Source: Eubacteriales bacterium (GTDB taxonomy: Bacteria > Bacillota > Clostridia > Oscillospirales > SIG627). From it: a stretch of DNA of 64,000 nucleotides. The position numbers and the translations under genes were made by a program. Within the stretch, counting starts at the first letter, position 1; every line of letters starts with the position of its first letter. Location: contig JAZREJ010000039.1 in assembly GCA_045660745.1 (NCBI GenBank), positions 515 to 64,514 on the forward strand, read 5' to 3'. A model generated the notes under the pieces. It was given only the letters and a program-made list of their open reading frames with translations, was not told where the DNA came from and made no database searches. Below, piece by piece: positions 27,233-40,229 of the stretch.

Positions 27233-28935
27233 TATTTTTCTCCTACCGTTTCCTTGAATCTATCGAAAACACTTTTTGCTGTTTTGCGCATTCTTTCGCA
27301 ATCGGTTTTTATATACTGCCTGTCATATGTGACGATTCCGTTCGTCTCGTCCTCAATATCAGACAGCTGCGTAAGAATACTTGCGCAAAGCCCCTTTTCA
27401 ACCGCGGGAATTATTTCGTTCATATAAAGGGCTTCAAGACGTTTCATAAAATCCTCTTCATCCGCACATTTTGCATATCCGTACGTCTTTGAAAGATTGA
27501 ATGAATGCCCCTTTATTTTACACGAATAACCGCCAAACTCCGAAAGTACGATCGGTCTTTCCGACGCTTTCTTGAATTTGATTTTCTTAAAATAGACGTG
27601 ATGACTTTCAACGTCGCTGAGCGCCTCAAAAAACCACCCTGAAGTTGTATCGAATATTCGCGATGGGTCGGCGTGTTTTAAGACCTCATAGCATCCGTCT
27701 GCATCAAACTGCCCCCACCCCTCGTTGAATATTGTGTAATATACCACCGACGGATGGTTATAAAGAAGGTCAAGTGTGTCAAGCGAATCGGACAGAAAAG
27801 CTTCAAGTCTCTTTTTTTCAGCACCACACTTTTTCTTCCTTTTAAATCCTAACGTCGGAAGTACAGTATCCTTAAAGAAACTGTAGCTTCCGCTGTTTAC
27901 CATATCCTGAAAGACAAGCATTCCGTATTTATCACAGTAATAATAGAAAAGCTCAGGCTCTATCTTTATGTGTTTTCTCAGTGTATTAAATCCTTGCTTT
28001 TTCATTTCAAGGATATCAAAGATATAGCCATCGGGAGTAGCGGGAGTATAAATTCCGTCACTAAAATATCCTTGATCAAGAAGTCCGTGGAAGAAATACG
28101 GCTTCCCGTTAAGGCATATATACGGTGTATTTCCCCGCTTTTCAATATTCACTGTACGCAAAGCGAAATAAGACTCTATCCTGTCCTCCGTGTCCTCAAG
28201 CGTGAAATAATAAAGGTGAGGGTTCTCGGGAGTCCAATGAACAGGATTATCCACATCAATGATTACAGTTTCACCCGAAAAGCTTACCGTTTTGCCGTCA
28301 AATGTAAGTGTCTTTTCTTCACGTCCGCCGTCAACGTATATTTCAACACTGTTAAGTGACGGCGTAACCTTAAGTGATTTAAAATACTTTTCGGGAACGC
28401 TCTCAAGCCACACGGCCTGCCAAATTCCGCTTATCGGGGTATACCACATTCCGCCGCGCTTCTTTGATTGCTTACCGTAAGCATATCTTTTATCAAGAGT
28501 GTCAGAAACTTCCACCTCCATGATGTTTTCGCCTACACGAACACTGTCCGTGACGTCATAACAAAACGGAAGGTATCCGCCGACGTTTTCGACATACTCC
28601 ATACCGTTGACTGAAACGCGGGTTATCTGATCACACGCTCCGAAATGCAGGAGCACTTTATCCTTTACGAAGGATTCATCTATTACAAAGCTCTTAACAT
28701 ATACGTATTTTTCGTCTTCTCCAAGCACTCTCTCCACCCCTGAAAGCCTTGACTCGGGTGGGAATGGTACTTGTATTTTTGAAATATACTCTCTTTTATC
28801 CGAGAGAACATATAACTCCCACTCACCAACAAGAGGCATATAACTCTCTCGTTTCAGCTGCGGTCTTGGATATTCTGTCCAATCGGCACTTGAATTTTCT
28901 TCAAACGGAGTTTTAAGATTTTTACAAAGCTTCAT
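27232..28935 (-). CDS. glycoside hydrolase family 2 protein
   Basis: EYPRPQLKRESY..., VLLHFGACDQITRVSVNG, YGMLVFQDM and FNEGWGQFD are typical of GH2. ATG 28935 overlaps the ROK stop (ATGA), so it is preferred over 28983. Confidence 0.85.
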   Translation of the reverse strand: MKLCKNLKTPFEENSSADWTEYPRPQLKRESYMPLVGEWELYVLSDKREYISKIQVPFPPESRLSGVERVLGEDEKYVYVKSFVIDESFVKDKVLLHFGACDQITRVSVNGMEYVENVGGYLPFCYDVTDSVRVGENIMEVEVSDTLDKRYAYGKQSKKRGGMWYTPISGIWQAVWLESVPEKYFKSLKVTPSLNSVEIYVDGGREEKTLTFDGKTVSFSGETVIIDVDNPVHWTPENPHLYYFTLEDTEDRIESYFALRTVNIEKRGNTPYICLNGKPYFFHGLLDQGYFSDGIYTPATPDGYIFDILEMKKQGFNTLRKHIKIEPELFYYYCDKYGMLVFQDMVNSGSYSFFKDTVLPTLGFKRKKKCGAEKKRLEAFLSDSLDTLDLLYNHPSVVYYTIFNEGWGQFDADGCYEVLKHADPSRIFDTTSGWFFEALSDVESHHVYFKKIKFKKASERPIVLSEFGGYSCKIKGHSFNLSKTYGYAKCADEEDFMKRLEALYMNEIIPAVEKGLCASILTQLSDIEDETNGIVTYDRQYIKTDCERMRKTAKSVFDRFKETVGEK

Positions 28936-29780
28936 TTTTCCTCGTAAGTGTAAATATTTTCTTTCCCAAGCTCTATTGCCCACAAAAGTCCGTGAAGAGC
29001 CGCAGTATCGGCGTTATCTGTCACGATATACGGGAGCTTACAATACCGCTCAAAGCCGTTTTTGAAAAGCTCCCACGATCTTGTAACGTTGCCTCCGAAG
29101 AATATTCTTTCGTATCCGTCCGTTTTTGCACGCGCTGTGAGTATCTGTCCAAGATCTTCCCCCATTGTTTCAAACATGTTCAATAGCTTTTCGTCTCCTT
29201 TTTTTGCAATGAACGATATCTTTTTCACCGACATATTTTCATATCCGAGCAATGCTGCACGCCGTCTTATTGCTGTAGCGCAAACGTATTCCTCGCAAAT
29301 TCCGTCTTTCCACGGAGCGCACCAAAGAGAGTTCTTCGGCTTCTCAGTCTCGTCAACCCAAAGCTTGCCGTCAACACTTGCAATATAACCAAGTCCGGTT
29401 CCGATAGTAACTCCGCATACGCGTCCTTTCCTTGACTCGGGATATTTTGAAAGCATACCGAGAAGAAAAGCCCCCGAATCACTGACAAAAAATACGTCAG
29501 GTACTCCTGCATTGCGTATAATATCCCCGAGGTTGATTTTATACAGCTCGGAAAGCTTATGCTCTGCAAGGCTTACTCCATTTTTAAAATCGAACGGTCC
29601 CGGAGCACACACCGCAACTCTGTCGGGGGTGTTATCCTTAACAAAGCGTCCTATCCTTTCGGGAAGTGGCGCATCATCCTCGGAGCCGCTTACCGGAAAC
29701 GAGCCGTTTATCAATTTCCCATTTTCACTGATGCCGTACTTTACATCAGTACCGCCTATATCAAATACTATTATTTTCAT
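28932..29780 (-). CDS. ROK-family sugar kinase
   Basis: MKIIVFDIGGTDVKYG is the ATP-binding N-terminus and GTGLGY is also present. AAGGAGA SD. Confidence 0.8.
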   Translation of the reverse strand: MKIIVFDIGGTDVKYGISENGKLINGSFPVSGSEDDAPLPERIGRFVKDNTPDRVAVCAPGPFDFKNGVSLAEHKLSELYKINLGDIIRNAGVPDVFFVSDSGAFLLGMLSKYPESRKGRVCGVTIGTGLGYIASVDGKLWVDETEKPKNSLWCAPWKDGICEEYVCATAIRRRAALLGYENMSVKKISFIAKKGDEKLLNMFETMGEDLGQILTARAKTDGYERIFFGGNVTRSWELFKNGFERYCKLPYIVTDNADTAALHGLLWAIELGKENIYTYEEK

Positions 29781-29794
29781 ACTGTCTCCTTAAA

Positions 29795-29825
29795 AATATC
29801 CGAAGGGGGATCCCCTTCGGATATT
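29795..29825 (-). terminator. terminator or attenuating hairpin between the PMI and ROK genes
   Basis: Perfect palindrome AATATCCGAAGGGGGATCCCCTTCGGATATT. On the minus strand it is followed by TTTTTA and then the ROK SD. Confidence 0.65.
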
Positions 29826-29857
29826 ATACACTAAAATATTCTTTTTTTCAAGTACTA

Positions 29858-31654
29858 TCAGTCCTTAAGTCTTGTTTTATGAACAACAACTGTACCGACT
29901 CCAAGGTTTCTTACAGTATATTCACCGAAGTGTGCGGGAATGACAGCCATGTCAAGATTGTTCATGTCATAATACAATTCGGGGTTGGACTTTGATTCAA
30001 CTCTTACCTTTTCACCGTCAACGAGTGCAAGCACGTGGAAATCGCCGTTTGTGTTATCGTCGATCTCCTTATCGAAGATGAGGTTTCTGAGCGAGAAGTA
30101 AAGAAGGTCGTGCTCTCCGACTATTATTTCGCGCCATCCGTCGCCCTCTCTTACAACTCCGCCGTGGTTCACAAGATTCTCACGAACGTACTCGGCATCC
30201 CTCTCGCCTCTGATTACCTCGCTTCCCATCTTGAGGTGTATGGGTCTTGGAAGTCCTGTCTGGGGGTCAAGGCGCTGATAATCGTAAAGCTTATAGGTGT
30301 AAGAGCCAACCGTAAGACTTCCGATCTCAAGGATGACCTGATTCTGACCGGACGCGTGGATAGTTCCCGCGGGAATCATAACCTGAGTGCCGGGCTTGGA
30401 TTCAACAGCATAAACATACTTCTGATAATCAACAAGCTCATGAGTCTTTTCGGCTTCTCTTGCCTTTTCAAAGAATTCCTCACAGCTGTTTTCATCCTGA
30501 AAGCCAAGATAGGTCTTTGCATTCTGTCCCGCTATTACTACATAATAACTCTCGTCCTGACGACCAAGCTCTCCGTGATTGACGACAACGTACTTCTCGT
30601 CGGGGTGACACTGAATCGACATATTGCCCGAGGAATGGTAGGTGTCGTCATAGTTAAATCGAATGGGGAAATATCCGCCGAAGCCCTCATATGCTCTGTC
30701 TCCGAGAAGCTCACGCCCCATGGTCTGCACAAACGTAAAGAACGGGGTCTCGAATTCTCCGTCGTCAATTACGGAAACAAGTGATACTTCAAGCGGAATC
30801 ATATCGAATACCCACGCACAGTTACGCATTTCCTTTGGAAGATTGCGCAGTCTATGAACGTGATATCCACCCCAAACACCCTCAAGATAAACAGGACGGC
30901 AACGGAAGGGACGTGAGTTAAGCTCATGAAAAAGGTCTTTGAGTGCAGAAAAAGACAGCATCTGCATCTTTTCGGGAACGTCTGCGGTGATGTAGTAGTC
31001 GATAGTTCCCTTCTTGATCATCTCCCAACGCTGTTCCATTACTATTTCAAAATCAATATAGTAATTGCGGCGCATCATAAGGTTATATGCAAGATTCTTA
31101 GTGCAACCGATATTGCGGTTCTTACCGTTCTTGCAGTTGAGAACTGCGGTTCTGGGGGTGACGTCCATCCAGACGCGAAGGTCATAAAGGTCCTGAAGGT
31201 CTTCGCAAAGAGCACTCTTTCCGTAAACGATAATCTTATCGGCGTTCTTTATCTGCTCCTTGAGTGCTTCAAGCTTGTCACCGTTCTGAAGACCTCTGTA
31301 GCCGTCACGGTAACGGCGTCCGTAAAGAAGCACGGGGTCAGCCTCTCGGTCCTCCGGAAGATATGGGGTAACTATTGCCTCAATTTCTTCGGGATCAAGG
31401 AAGGTGCATGCGGCATCAACAAACACAACGTTCTGTCCTGCAAGTACCTGACGAAGTACGTTAACAAGTGTCTCGTACTCGGCACCCGGATAAGCGTCAA
31501 TACCTATCTTTGAGTTCTTCTCAATTAGCTTTGCAATCTTCTTTGCAACGTTCTGAACACCTTTTGTAAGGTCCTCGCGAACACTTGCGGGAACGTTTAT
31601 CTTATTTACCGCATTGGGGTCTGCATACGGATAGGGATGGAACATAAAACTCAT
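29858..31654 (-). CDS. class I mannose-6-phosphate isomerase, long form with extra ~270-aa N-terminal domain
   Basis: SIQCHPDEKY, IPAGTIHASGQN and GSYTYKLYDYQRLDPQTGLPRPIHL match the class I PMI blocks SxQVHPD, GTxHA and TYRxYDYxR...LH. Confidence 0.8.
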   Translation of the reverse strand: MSFMFHPYPYADPNAVNKINVPASVREDLTKGVQNVAKKIAKLIEKNSKIGIDAYPGAEYETLVNVLRQVLAGQNVVFVDAACTFLDPEEIEAIVTPYLPEDREADPVLLYGRRYRDGYRGLQNGDKLEALKEQIKNADKIIVYGKSALCEDLQDLYDLRVWMDVTPRTAVLNCKNGKNRNIGCTKNLAYNLMMRRNYYIDFEIVMEQRWEMIKKGTIDYYITADVPEKMQMLSFSALKDLFHELNSRPFRCRPVYLEGVWGGYHVHRLRNLPKEMRNCAWVFDMIPLEVSLVSVIDDGEFETPFFTFVQTMGRELLGDRAYEGFGGYFPIRFNYDDTYHSSGNMSIQCHPDEKYVVVNHGELGRQDESYYVVIAGQNAKTYLGFQDENSCEEFFEKAREAEKTHELVDYQKYVYAVESKPGTQVMIPAGTIHASGQNQVILEIGSLTVGSYTYKLYDYQRLDPQTGLPRPIHLKMGSEVIRGERDAEYVRENLVNHGGVVREGDGWREIIVGEHDLLYFSLRNLIFDKEIDDNTNGDFHVLALVDGEKVRVESKSNPELYYDMNNLDMAVIPAHFGEYTVRNLGVGTVVVHKTRLKD

Positions 31655-31670
31655 AATTTTTACCTCTTTC

Positions 31671-34214
31671 TTATTCTTCGTATTTTGTTTTTATAACAAG
31701 TCTCTTGCCCTCGGCATAAGCCTTACGGAAGGCAGGAACGCATTCCTGCTTTATAAAGTCGAACTTGCCCTTAGGATAATCGTACACGTTACCTTCATAA
31801 ATGTAAGCATCTCTTGTGTCCGGCTTACCTGCTTTGGCAATCATCTTATTACAGAAAGCAACGTATTCCTTGCCACTTGCACTGAAAATACCGTCAGGCA
31901 TCATATAACCGAAATCTGCCATTTCGGTATAGCGGAAACCTCCGCACCACCACCACGGAGCGCTTCCCGCACAGTGAGCCTCCTCAATTGAATCTATCAT
32001 CCAGCGATTGAAGAGTACCTGCTTTTCAATTTTTTCGGGAAGGTAAGTTCGGTTTGTATGGTCATACTGAACTCCCAGCGATTTAGTACCGCAAACGGTA
32101 TATCCGTACTCCGCCCATATAACAGGCTTTCCGTCAGTTTCATATTTTTGTATAATACTGCCTGATGTAATTATTCCGATTCCTCCTATACGGCTTTCGG
32201 GATCGTGAATATTATTTTCGTAACCAAAGAAGCCATAGGTCTCAAGCGGGGTAAAATCTATATAATCCTTCGCCTGAGCCGGACCATCGGTACATATACC
32301 TCCGTGGCGGAAGGTTGTCATCTGATTTGGAATTAGTGGCTTCAAATGCGCCATAAGCTTTGCCCAATAGGAGTTGATACATTCGTTAACGAAGGTGTGT
32401 ATATCAATACTTACCTGCCTGTCAAAGCTGATGTAATTGTATGGCTGAGTCGGGAATCTGTTGTCCGACGGGTACTCGGTGTAGCCGTAGATATCACGCG
32501 GAATAGGTCTTCCGTATTCCCTTTCGGCATTTTCCACACTGCCGTACTTATTCTCAAGCCACGACTGCCACTCATCAAAAAACTCAGCCGACGTTTCATA
32601 GTAGTGGTGCTGGTTATCTTGAGTCTCCCACTCCATATCAATGGCAATAACCGTTGGGTTGCCTCCGATAAATATTTTTGCGAATACTTCCTCGACCGCC
32701 TCGGGGCAGTAAAATTTTGTGGCGGTTGCCTTAACCACTGCCACCATTACACGTATGCCGTGCCTCTTACAACGAATAAGGAAGTCTCGCATTCCGTGTA
32801 CTGAACGGTCGATATCTGTAATGTCGAGTCGGGTCAAAACACAGTTTAACCCTATCTCTTCCATGTAGGATAAATCCTCCTCAACAGTCTTCTGTGAGTA
32901 GTTTGACTTATCAAACTGTCCAAGCCAATAAAAAGGCTTTTCAAGTGCGGGATTATAAGTGCTCCAATAGTTTATGCCCGCAAGATACCAGGGCTTATCG
33001 CCTATCACAAAATAGTCATCCTTAACAGATACAAACTGTGACGGGTCGGCAACGGGGACAGGTCTTTCAAAGGTATAAGTGCTGTTTATTTCATCAACAA
33101 GCTCGTCTCCCACAAAAAGGCGAGTTGTAATCGGATAATCCTTTCCGTCAACCAGCTTAAGTGAGGAAAGCTCATCAGCCGAAACATCAAAATGTACATC
33201 AGCGATCGTTCTGATAGCAGTAAGCTTTTCCTTTGAGAAGCGAAGTGGCTCACCCTCGGTTTCCACCTCGATATCGACTCTTACCTTTACAAAACGGATA
33301 GTGTTATTAAGGATCTGAGCACCGACTCTCATACTCTCACCCTCTCGGTAAACAAGACCGTCGGCACCGCCTTCAAACAAGTAAATACCCTTATTTAATT
33401 TATTTGCAATCGCAACAAGAAGCTCGTCTGCTCCTTCTATATTCTGCAAACGGCAATTCTCAACACCTATCATTGCAGATGCAGAGCCTATTGCAGTGTT
33501 GTATATAATTCCGTAATCGTTTATACCTTCGTATCCATCCCCCATTGTGCGCTGAAGCTCAATAAAAGCAAACGCACCTCGTGAGCCGTTTGTAATTCTT
33601 CCTCTTTTAATCGGATCGGAATCATTACTGTTTATATCGAAACAATCAACAATAGGGATAAATCTGTTCTGGGAATCCGTTATATATCCGCTACCGATTC
33701 CCGTTTGGCAGGGTATGGTTACGTCAACGGGATACGGAAGCTTGATTTCCCCATGAAATACATTTTGTCCTTCTACCGCTTCAAGGCGAGTTATATTCTT
33801 GGTGGCATAAGTCTTATAAGAAGGTGCAATCCCCTCGCGCACATAAGGGCGTTCGATACTGAAGCTTGCATCAAGCATATCCTGAAGCGGAACATTCTTA
33901 AAGCCGTTTTCCTCCTTTTCTATTCTGTGATAATAAAGAGGTCCGCCGATAAACAAGACACTTCCCAGAGAATTATTAAATCTGCGAAGCATATCAACCG
34001 TCTCTATGGGAAGATTATTACACTGCGGAACTATCAGCAAAAAGCTGTGAAAATAATATACGTTCTTTTTTGTTATAAACTCCTCAACGTCGGTAATTCT
34101 CACTGTATAGCCCGCTTTCTTGAGAGTCTTCTCGATAAAAAGACTTTCCTCCATATCATAGCCAGGCCAATTGTCGCGCAAAAGCAAAACTGTATTTTCA
34201 GTACGGTTAATCAT
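31671..34214 (-). CDS. 847-aa multidomain glycoside-hydrolase-like protein (clan GH-A TIM barrel in the C-terminal half)
   Basis: KPWYLAGINYWSTY, EEDLSYMEEIGLNCVLTRL, IAIDMEWET and VIWAEYGYT look like a clan GH-A barrel with two catalytic Glu. The N-terminal ~110 aa resemble a flavodoxin/GATase-like fold. The start is ambiguous: ATG 34214 is preferred over GTG 34232, which has no SD. Confidence 0.7.
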   Translation of the reverse strand: MINRTENTVLLLRDNWPGYDMEESLFIEKTLKKAGYTVRITDVEEFITKKNVYYFHSFLLIVPQCNNLPIETVDMLRRFNNSLGSVLFIGGPLYYHRIEKEENGFKNVPLQDMLDASFSIERPYVREGIAPSYKTYATKNITRLEAVEGQNVFHGEIKLPYPVDVTIPCQTGIGSGYITDSQNRFIPIVDCFDINSNDSDPIKRGRITNGSRGAFAFIELQRTMGDGYEGINDYGIIYNTAIGSASAMIGVENCRLQNIEGADELLVAIANKLNKGIYLFEGGADGLVYREGESMRVGAQILNNTIRFVKVRVDIEVETEGEPLRFSKEKLTAIRTIADVHFDVSADELSSLKLVDGKDYPITTRLFVGDELVDEINSTYTFERPVPVADPSQFVSVKDDYFVIGDKPWYLAGINYWSTYNPALEKPFYWLGQFDKSNYSQKTVEEDLSYMEEIGLNCVLTRLDITDIDRSVHGMRDFLIRCKRHGIRVMVAVVKATATKFYCPEAVEEVFAKIFIGGNPTVIAIDMEWETQDNQHHYYETSAEFFDEWQSWLENKYGSVENAEREYGRPIPRDIYGYTEYPSDNRFPTQPYNYISFDRQVSIDIHTFVNECINSYWAKLMAHLKPLIPNQMTTFRHGGICTDGPAQAKDYIDFTPLETYGFFGYENNIHDPESRIGGIGIITSGSIIQKYETDGKPVIWAEYGYTVCGTKSLGVQYDHTNRTYLPEKIEKQVLFNRWMIDSIEEAHCAGSAPWWWCGGFRYTEMADFGYMMPDGIFSASGKEYVAFCNKMIAKAGKPDTRDAYIYEGNVYDYPKGKFDFIKQECVPAFRKAYAEGKRLVIKTKYEE

Positions 34215-34243
34215 ATTTTCACCATCTTTCACTTTCTACACAG

Positions 34244-34273
34244 ATTATAAACCACACGCCCCTTTTCTGTCAA
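34244..34273 (-). promoter_or_regulatory. sigma-A promoter of the GH-like/PMI operon
   Basis: Minus strand reads TTGACA (34273-34268), 18 nt, TATAAT (34249-34244). Confidence 0.55.
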
Positions 34274-34368
34274 TTACTATATTGTCTAAAAATTTAACTA
34301 TATTGCTATAAGAATCAACTTTTGCGCCATTAAACCATGTTACAGATTGAACGATATTAATATTCAAG

Positions 34369-34397
34369 TTGACACGTTCTATTTTGTATGATATACT
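34369..34397 (+). promoter_or_regulatory. sigma-A promoter of the AraC-family gene
   Basis: TTGACA (34369-34374), 17 nt, TATACT (34392-34397), with an upstream TG (extended -10). Confidence 0.6.
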
Positions 34398-34429
34398 TTT
34401 TAAAACAAACTGAAGCAGGAGGATATAAC

Positions 34430-35275
34430 ATGAATCTGTTCGGGCTGCCACTTCCAAAAATACTTGAATGCCGAAGATTTATCCTATCAAAGGAAAACGA
34501 AAACGGAAGAACTGCGCAAAGACTTACAAAACACTTTGAGCTCGACCTCGACATACAGGGAAACAGATACCTTACGCTGGACGGAAAAAGCTATTACACA
34601 GAACCGGGAGCTGTAGTATTCCGCAAACCGGGGCAACATTGTACGAGTCTTGGCGGGTACGATATGTATATTATGACTTTTGACTGGACAGATGACGAGG
34701 TTGAGGTAAGCAAGTACGCGAGAAACTCTCCGAAAGTATATAAAAGAACAGCATTACCCGAAAACTTTCTGTCCTTGCCTCGCGTATTCCCATCCGAGCA
34801 TGTATCCGAGCTTCTTTCAATATACAAGCGTCTTGCTATCGTTTACAGACAGCCGTCAAGAAAAGAGCTTGCAGAACTGCTTCTTTCAAGACTTTTAAAT
34901 CTTGTGTGTGCTGATGCGGCAAGCTTTGAATTTCAAAGGCATGAAGAATATACCCCGACAGACAAAATTCTTTCCTATATAAACCAGCACTATATGGAAA
35001 GCATTACTCTCGAACAGCTTGCGGAACAGGTACATCTCAGTCGCCATTATCTTGCACATCTTTTCAAAAATGAGACAGGAAAAACAATATTCGAATACAT
35101 CATGTCAACAAGACTTGAACAAGCAAAGCGTATGCTTTCATGTACACAGCTTTCAATAGCGCATATAGCAACCGAATGCGGTTTTGAATCAAGCTCATAT
35201 TTTTGCAGACGTTTCCGCTCGGCTTTCGGTAAGACTCCGAAAAATTTCAGGGAAGAGAAAAATATTTTTGAATAA
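34430..35275 (+). CDS. AraC-family transcriptional regulator
   Basis: ATG 34430 follows AGGAGG. The HTH is ITLEQLAEQVHLSRHYLAHLFKNETGKTIFEYIMSTRLEQAKRML...GFESSSYFCRRFRSAFGKTPKNFR. Confidence 0.9.
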   Translation: MNLFGLPLPKILECRRFILSKENENGRTAQRLTKHFELDLDIQGNRYLTLDGKSYYTEPGAVVFRKPGQHCTSLGGYDMYIMTFDWTDDEVEVSKYARNSPKVYKRTALPENFLSLPRVFPSEHVSELLSIYKRLAIVYRQPSRKELAELLLSRLLNLVCADAASFEFQRHEEYTPTDKILSYINQHYMESITLEQLAEQVHLSRHYLAHLFKNETGKTIFEYIMSTRLEQAKRMLSCTQLSIAHIATECGFESSSYFCRRFRSAFGKTPKNFREEKNIFE

Positions 35276-35278
35276 AAA

Positions 35279-37326
<2,048 letters not shown>

Positions 37327-37386
37327 ATGTGAACAATCAAAAAAAGGCTTGATTTTTCCATTCTTTAGTGTACAATATGTACTGTG

Positions 37387-37413
37387 TTAGCACTCGTGCA
37401 AAAAGAGTGCTAA
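37387..37413 (+). promoter_or_regulatory. CIRCE operator (HrcA binding site)
   Basis: TTAGCACTC-GTGCAAAAA-GAGTGCTAA is a perfect match to the CIRCE consensus TTAGCACTC-N9-GAGTGCTAA. It lies downstream of TTGATT-16 nt-TACAAT (37349-37376). Confidence 0.95.
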
Positions 37414-37457
37414 AAATAAGTTTAAAAATTATAGTTATATATTCAGGAGGAATTATT

Positions 37458-37742
37458 ATGACACTTAAGCCTTTACTCGACAGAGTAGTGCTCAAGCAGG
37501 TAGAAGCAGAAGAAACCACAAAGAGCGGTATCATTCTTACTGCAAGCGCTCAGGAAAAGCCCTCTATTGCTGAGGTAGTTGAAGTAGGTCCCGGTGGAAT
37601 CGTTGACGGGAACGAAGTCAAAATGACCGTTAAAGCGGGTGACAAGGTAATCACCAGCAAGTATTCGGGAACCGAAATCAAACTCGACGGAGTTGATTAC
37701 ATTATCGTAAGACAGGGCGACATTCTCGCTATTGTAGAATAA
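37458..37742 (+). CDS. groES: co-chaperonin GroES
   Basis: ATG 37458 follows AGGAGG. The 94-aa product begins MTLKPLLDRVVLKQVEAEETTKSGIILT. Confidence 0.97.
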   Translation: MTLKPLLDRVVLKQVEAEETTKSGIILTASAQEKPSIAEVVEVGPGGIVDGNEVKMTVKAGDKVITSKYSGTEIKLDGVDYIIVRQGDILAIVE

Positions 37743-37745
37743 TAG

Positions 37746-39386
<1,641 letters not shown>

Positions 39387-39402
39387 TCAAATAAAACAAT
39401 TT

Positions 39403-39436
39403 AAGGCTTGCCAAATTCGGCAAGCCTTATTTTTAT
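39403..39436 (+). terminator. rho-independent terminator of groESL
   Basis: AAGGCTTGCC-AAATTC-GGCAAGCCTT followed by ATTTTTAT. Confidence 0.85.
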
Positions 39437-39489
39437 GTTGCAAGTTTTTAAAAAATATGTTAAAATATGTCAAATAGCATTCGGAGGGT

Positions 39490-40191
39490 ATGATGAGGGG
39501 CTACTTTGAAACTTTATTTGAAACGTATGACGCCATAGTATTTTTTGACACAGAGACATCGGGACTTGACTGCACAAACGATAAGATAATCGAGCTTGCG
39601 GCACTCTCGGTTGAAAGAAACGGGCTAAAAACACGAATGGATGAATTTGTAAAGTTACCCGAAGGCGAGACTATTCCTCCCGAAATTGTTGAGCTTACTC
39701 ATATAACCGATGATATGCTTCGAAGCTCAGGCATATCATCCGAGGAAGCTGCAAGACGTTTTCACGCTCTTGTTGAGGGCGTTGGACGAAAAAACGTACT
39801 TCTTGCGGCACATAACGCACAGTTTGACCTTACCTTTTTGAGACGATTTTTAAGAGGACACAGATTCTCTGTAAAGCTCAGCTTTCTTGACACCGTCACG
39901 GTATATAAGGACCGAGCTCCCTACCCTCACAAGCTGGAAGCGGCAATCACTCACTACTCACTTGAAGGGGTGGTCAAAAACAGTCACCGAGCAATTGATG
40001 ACGTTGAAGCTCTGTTTGAGGTTACCTGTGCCATGGACCGTGAAAGGAACGACATCGCTTCCTACATAAACCTTTTCGGCTATAACGCAAAATACGGTGA
40101 ACCCAAAGAAAAAATTGCGGGGGTTACTTATAAGCCTCAAGGGTTTACAAATTTTCTTCGCAAGGAAAAGGACACTCTGCCAAATACATAA
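39490..40191 (+). CDS. DEDDh 3'-5' exonuclease (DnaQ / Pol III epsilon-like)
   Basis: Exo I VFFDTETSGLD, Exo II AHNAQFDLTFL, Exo III HRAIDDVEAL. Confidence 0.88.
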   Translation: MMRGYFETLFETYDAIVFFDTETSGLDCTNDKIIELAALSVERNGLKTRMDEFVKLPEGETIPPEIVELTHITDDMLRSSGISSEEAARRFHALVEGVGRKNVLLAAHNAQFDLTFLRRFLRGHRFSVKLSFLDTVTVYKDRAPYPHKLEAAITHYSLEGVVKNSHRAIDDVEALFEVTCAMDRERNDIASYINLFGYNAKYGEPKEKIAGVTYKPQGFTNFLRKEKDTLPNT

Positions 40192-40198
40192 AAAAATC

Positions 40199-40229
40199 AA
40201 GGAGAAGCTTTCGCTTCTCCTTTGTTTTA
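40199..40229. terminator. bidirectional terminator
   Basis: AAGGAGAAGC-TTTC-GCTTCTCCTT flanked by an A-run and TGTTTT. It overlaps the PfkB stop at 40227. Confidence 0.75.

Noticed and set aside
30035-30784. 249-aa ORF antisense to the PMI gene, and similar long shadows at 2859..3458, 8054..8890, 41559..42245, 46287..46892, 46922..47563, 48633..49427 and 57607..58227
   Set aside because: Each is fully nested opposite a gene with strong family motifs. They lack SD sequences and have atypical amino-acid composition.
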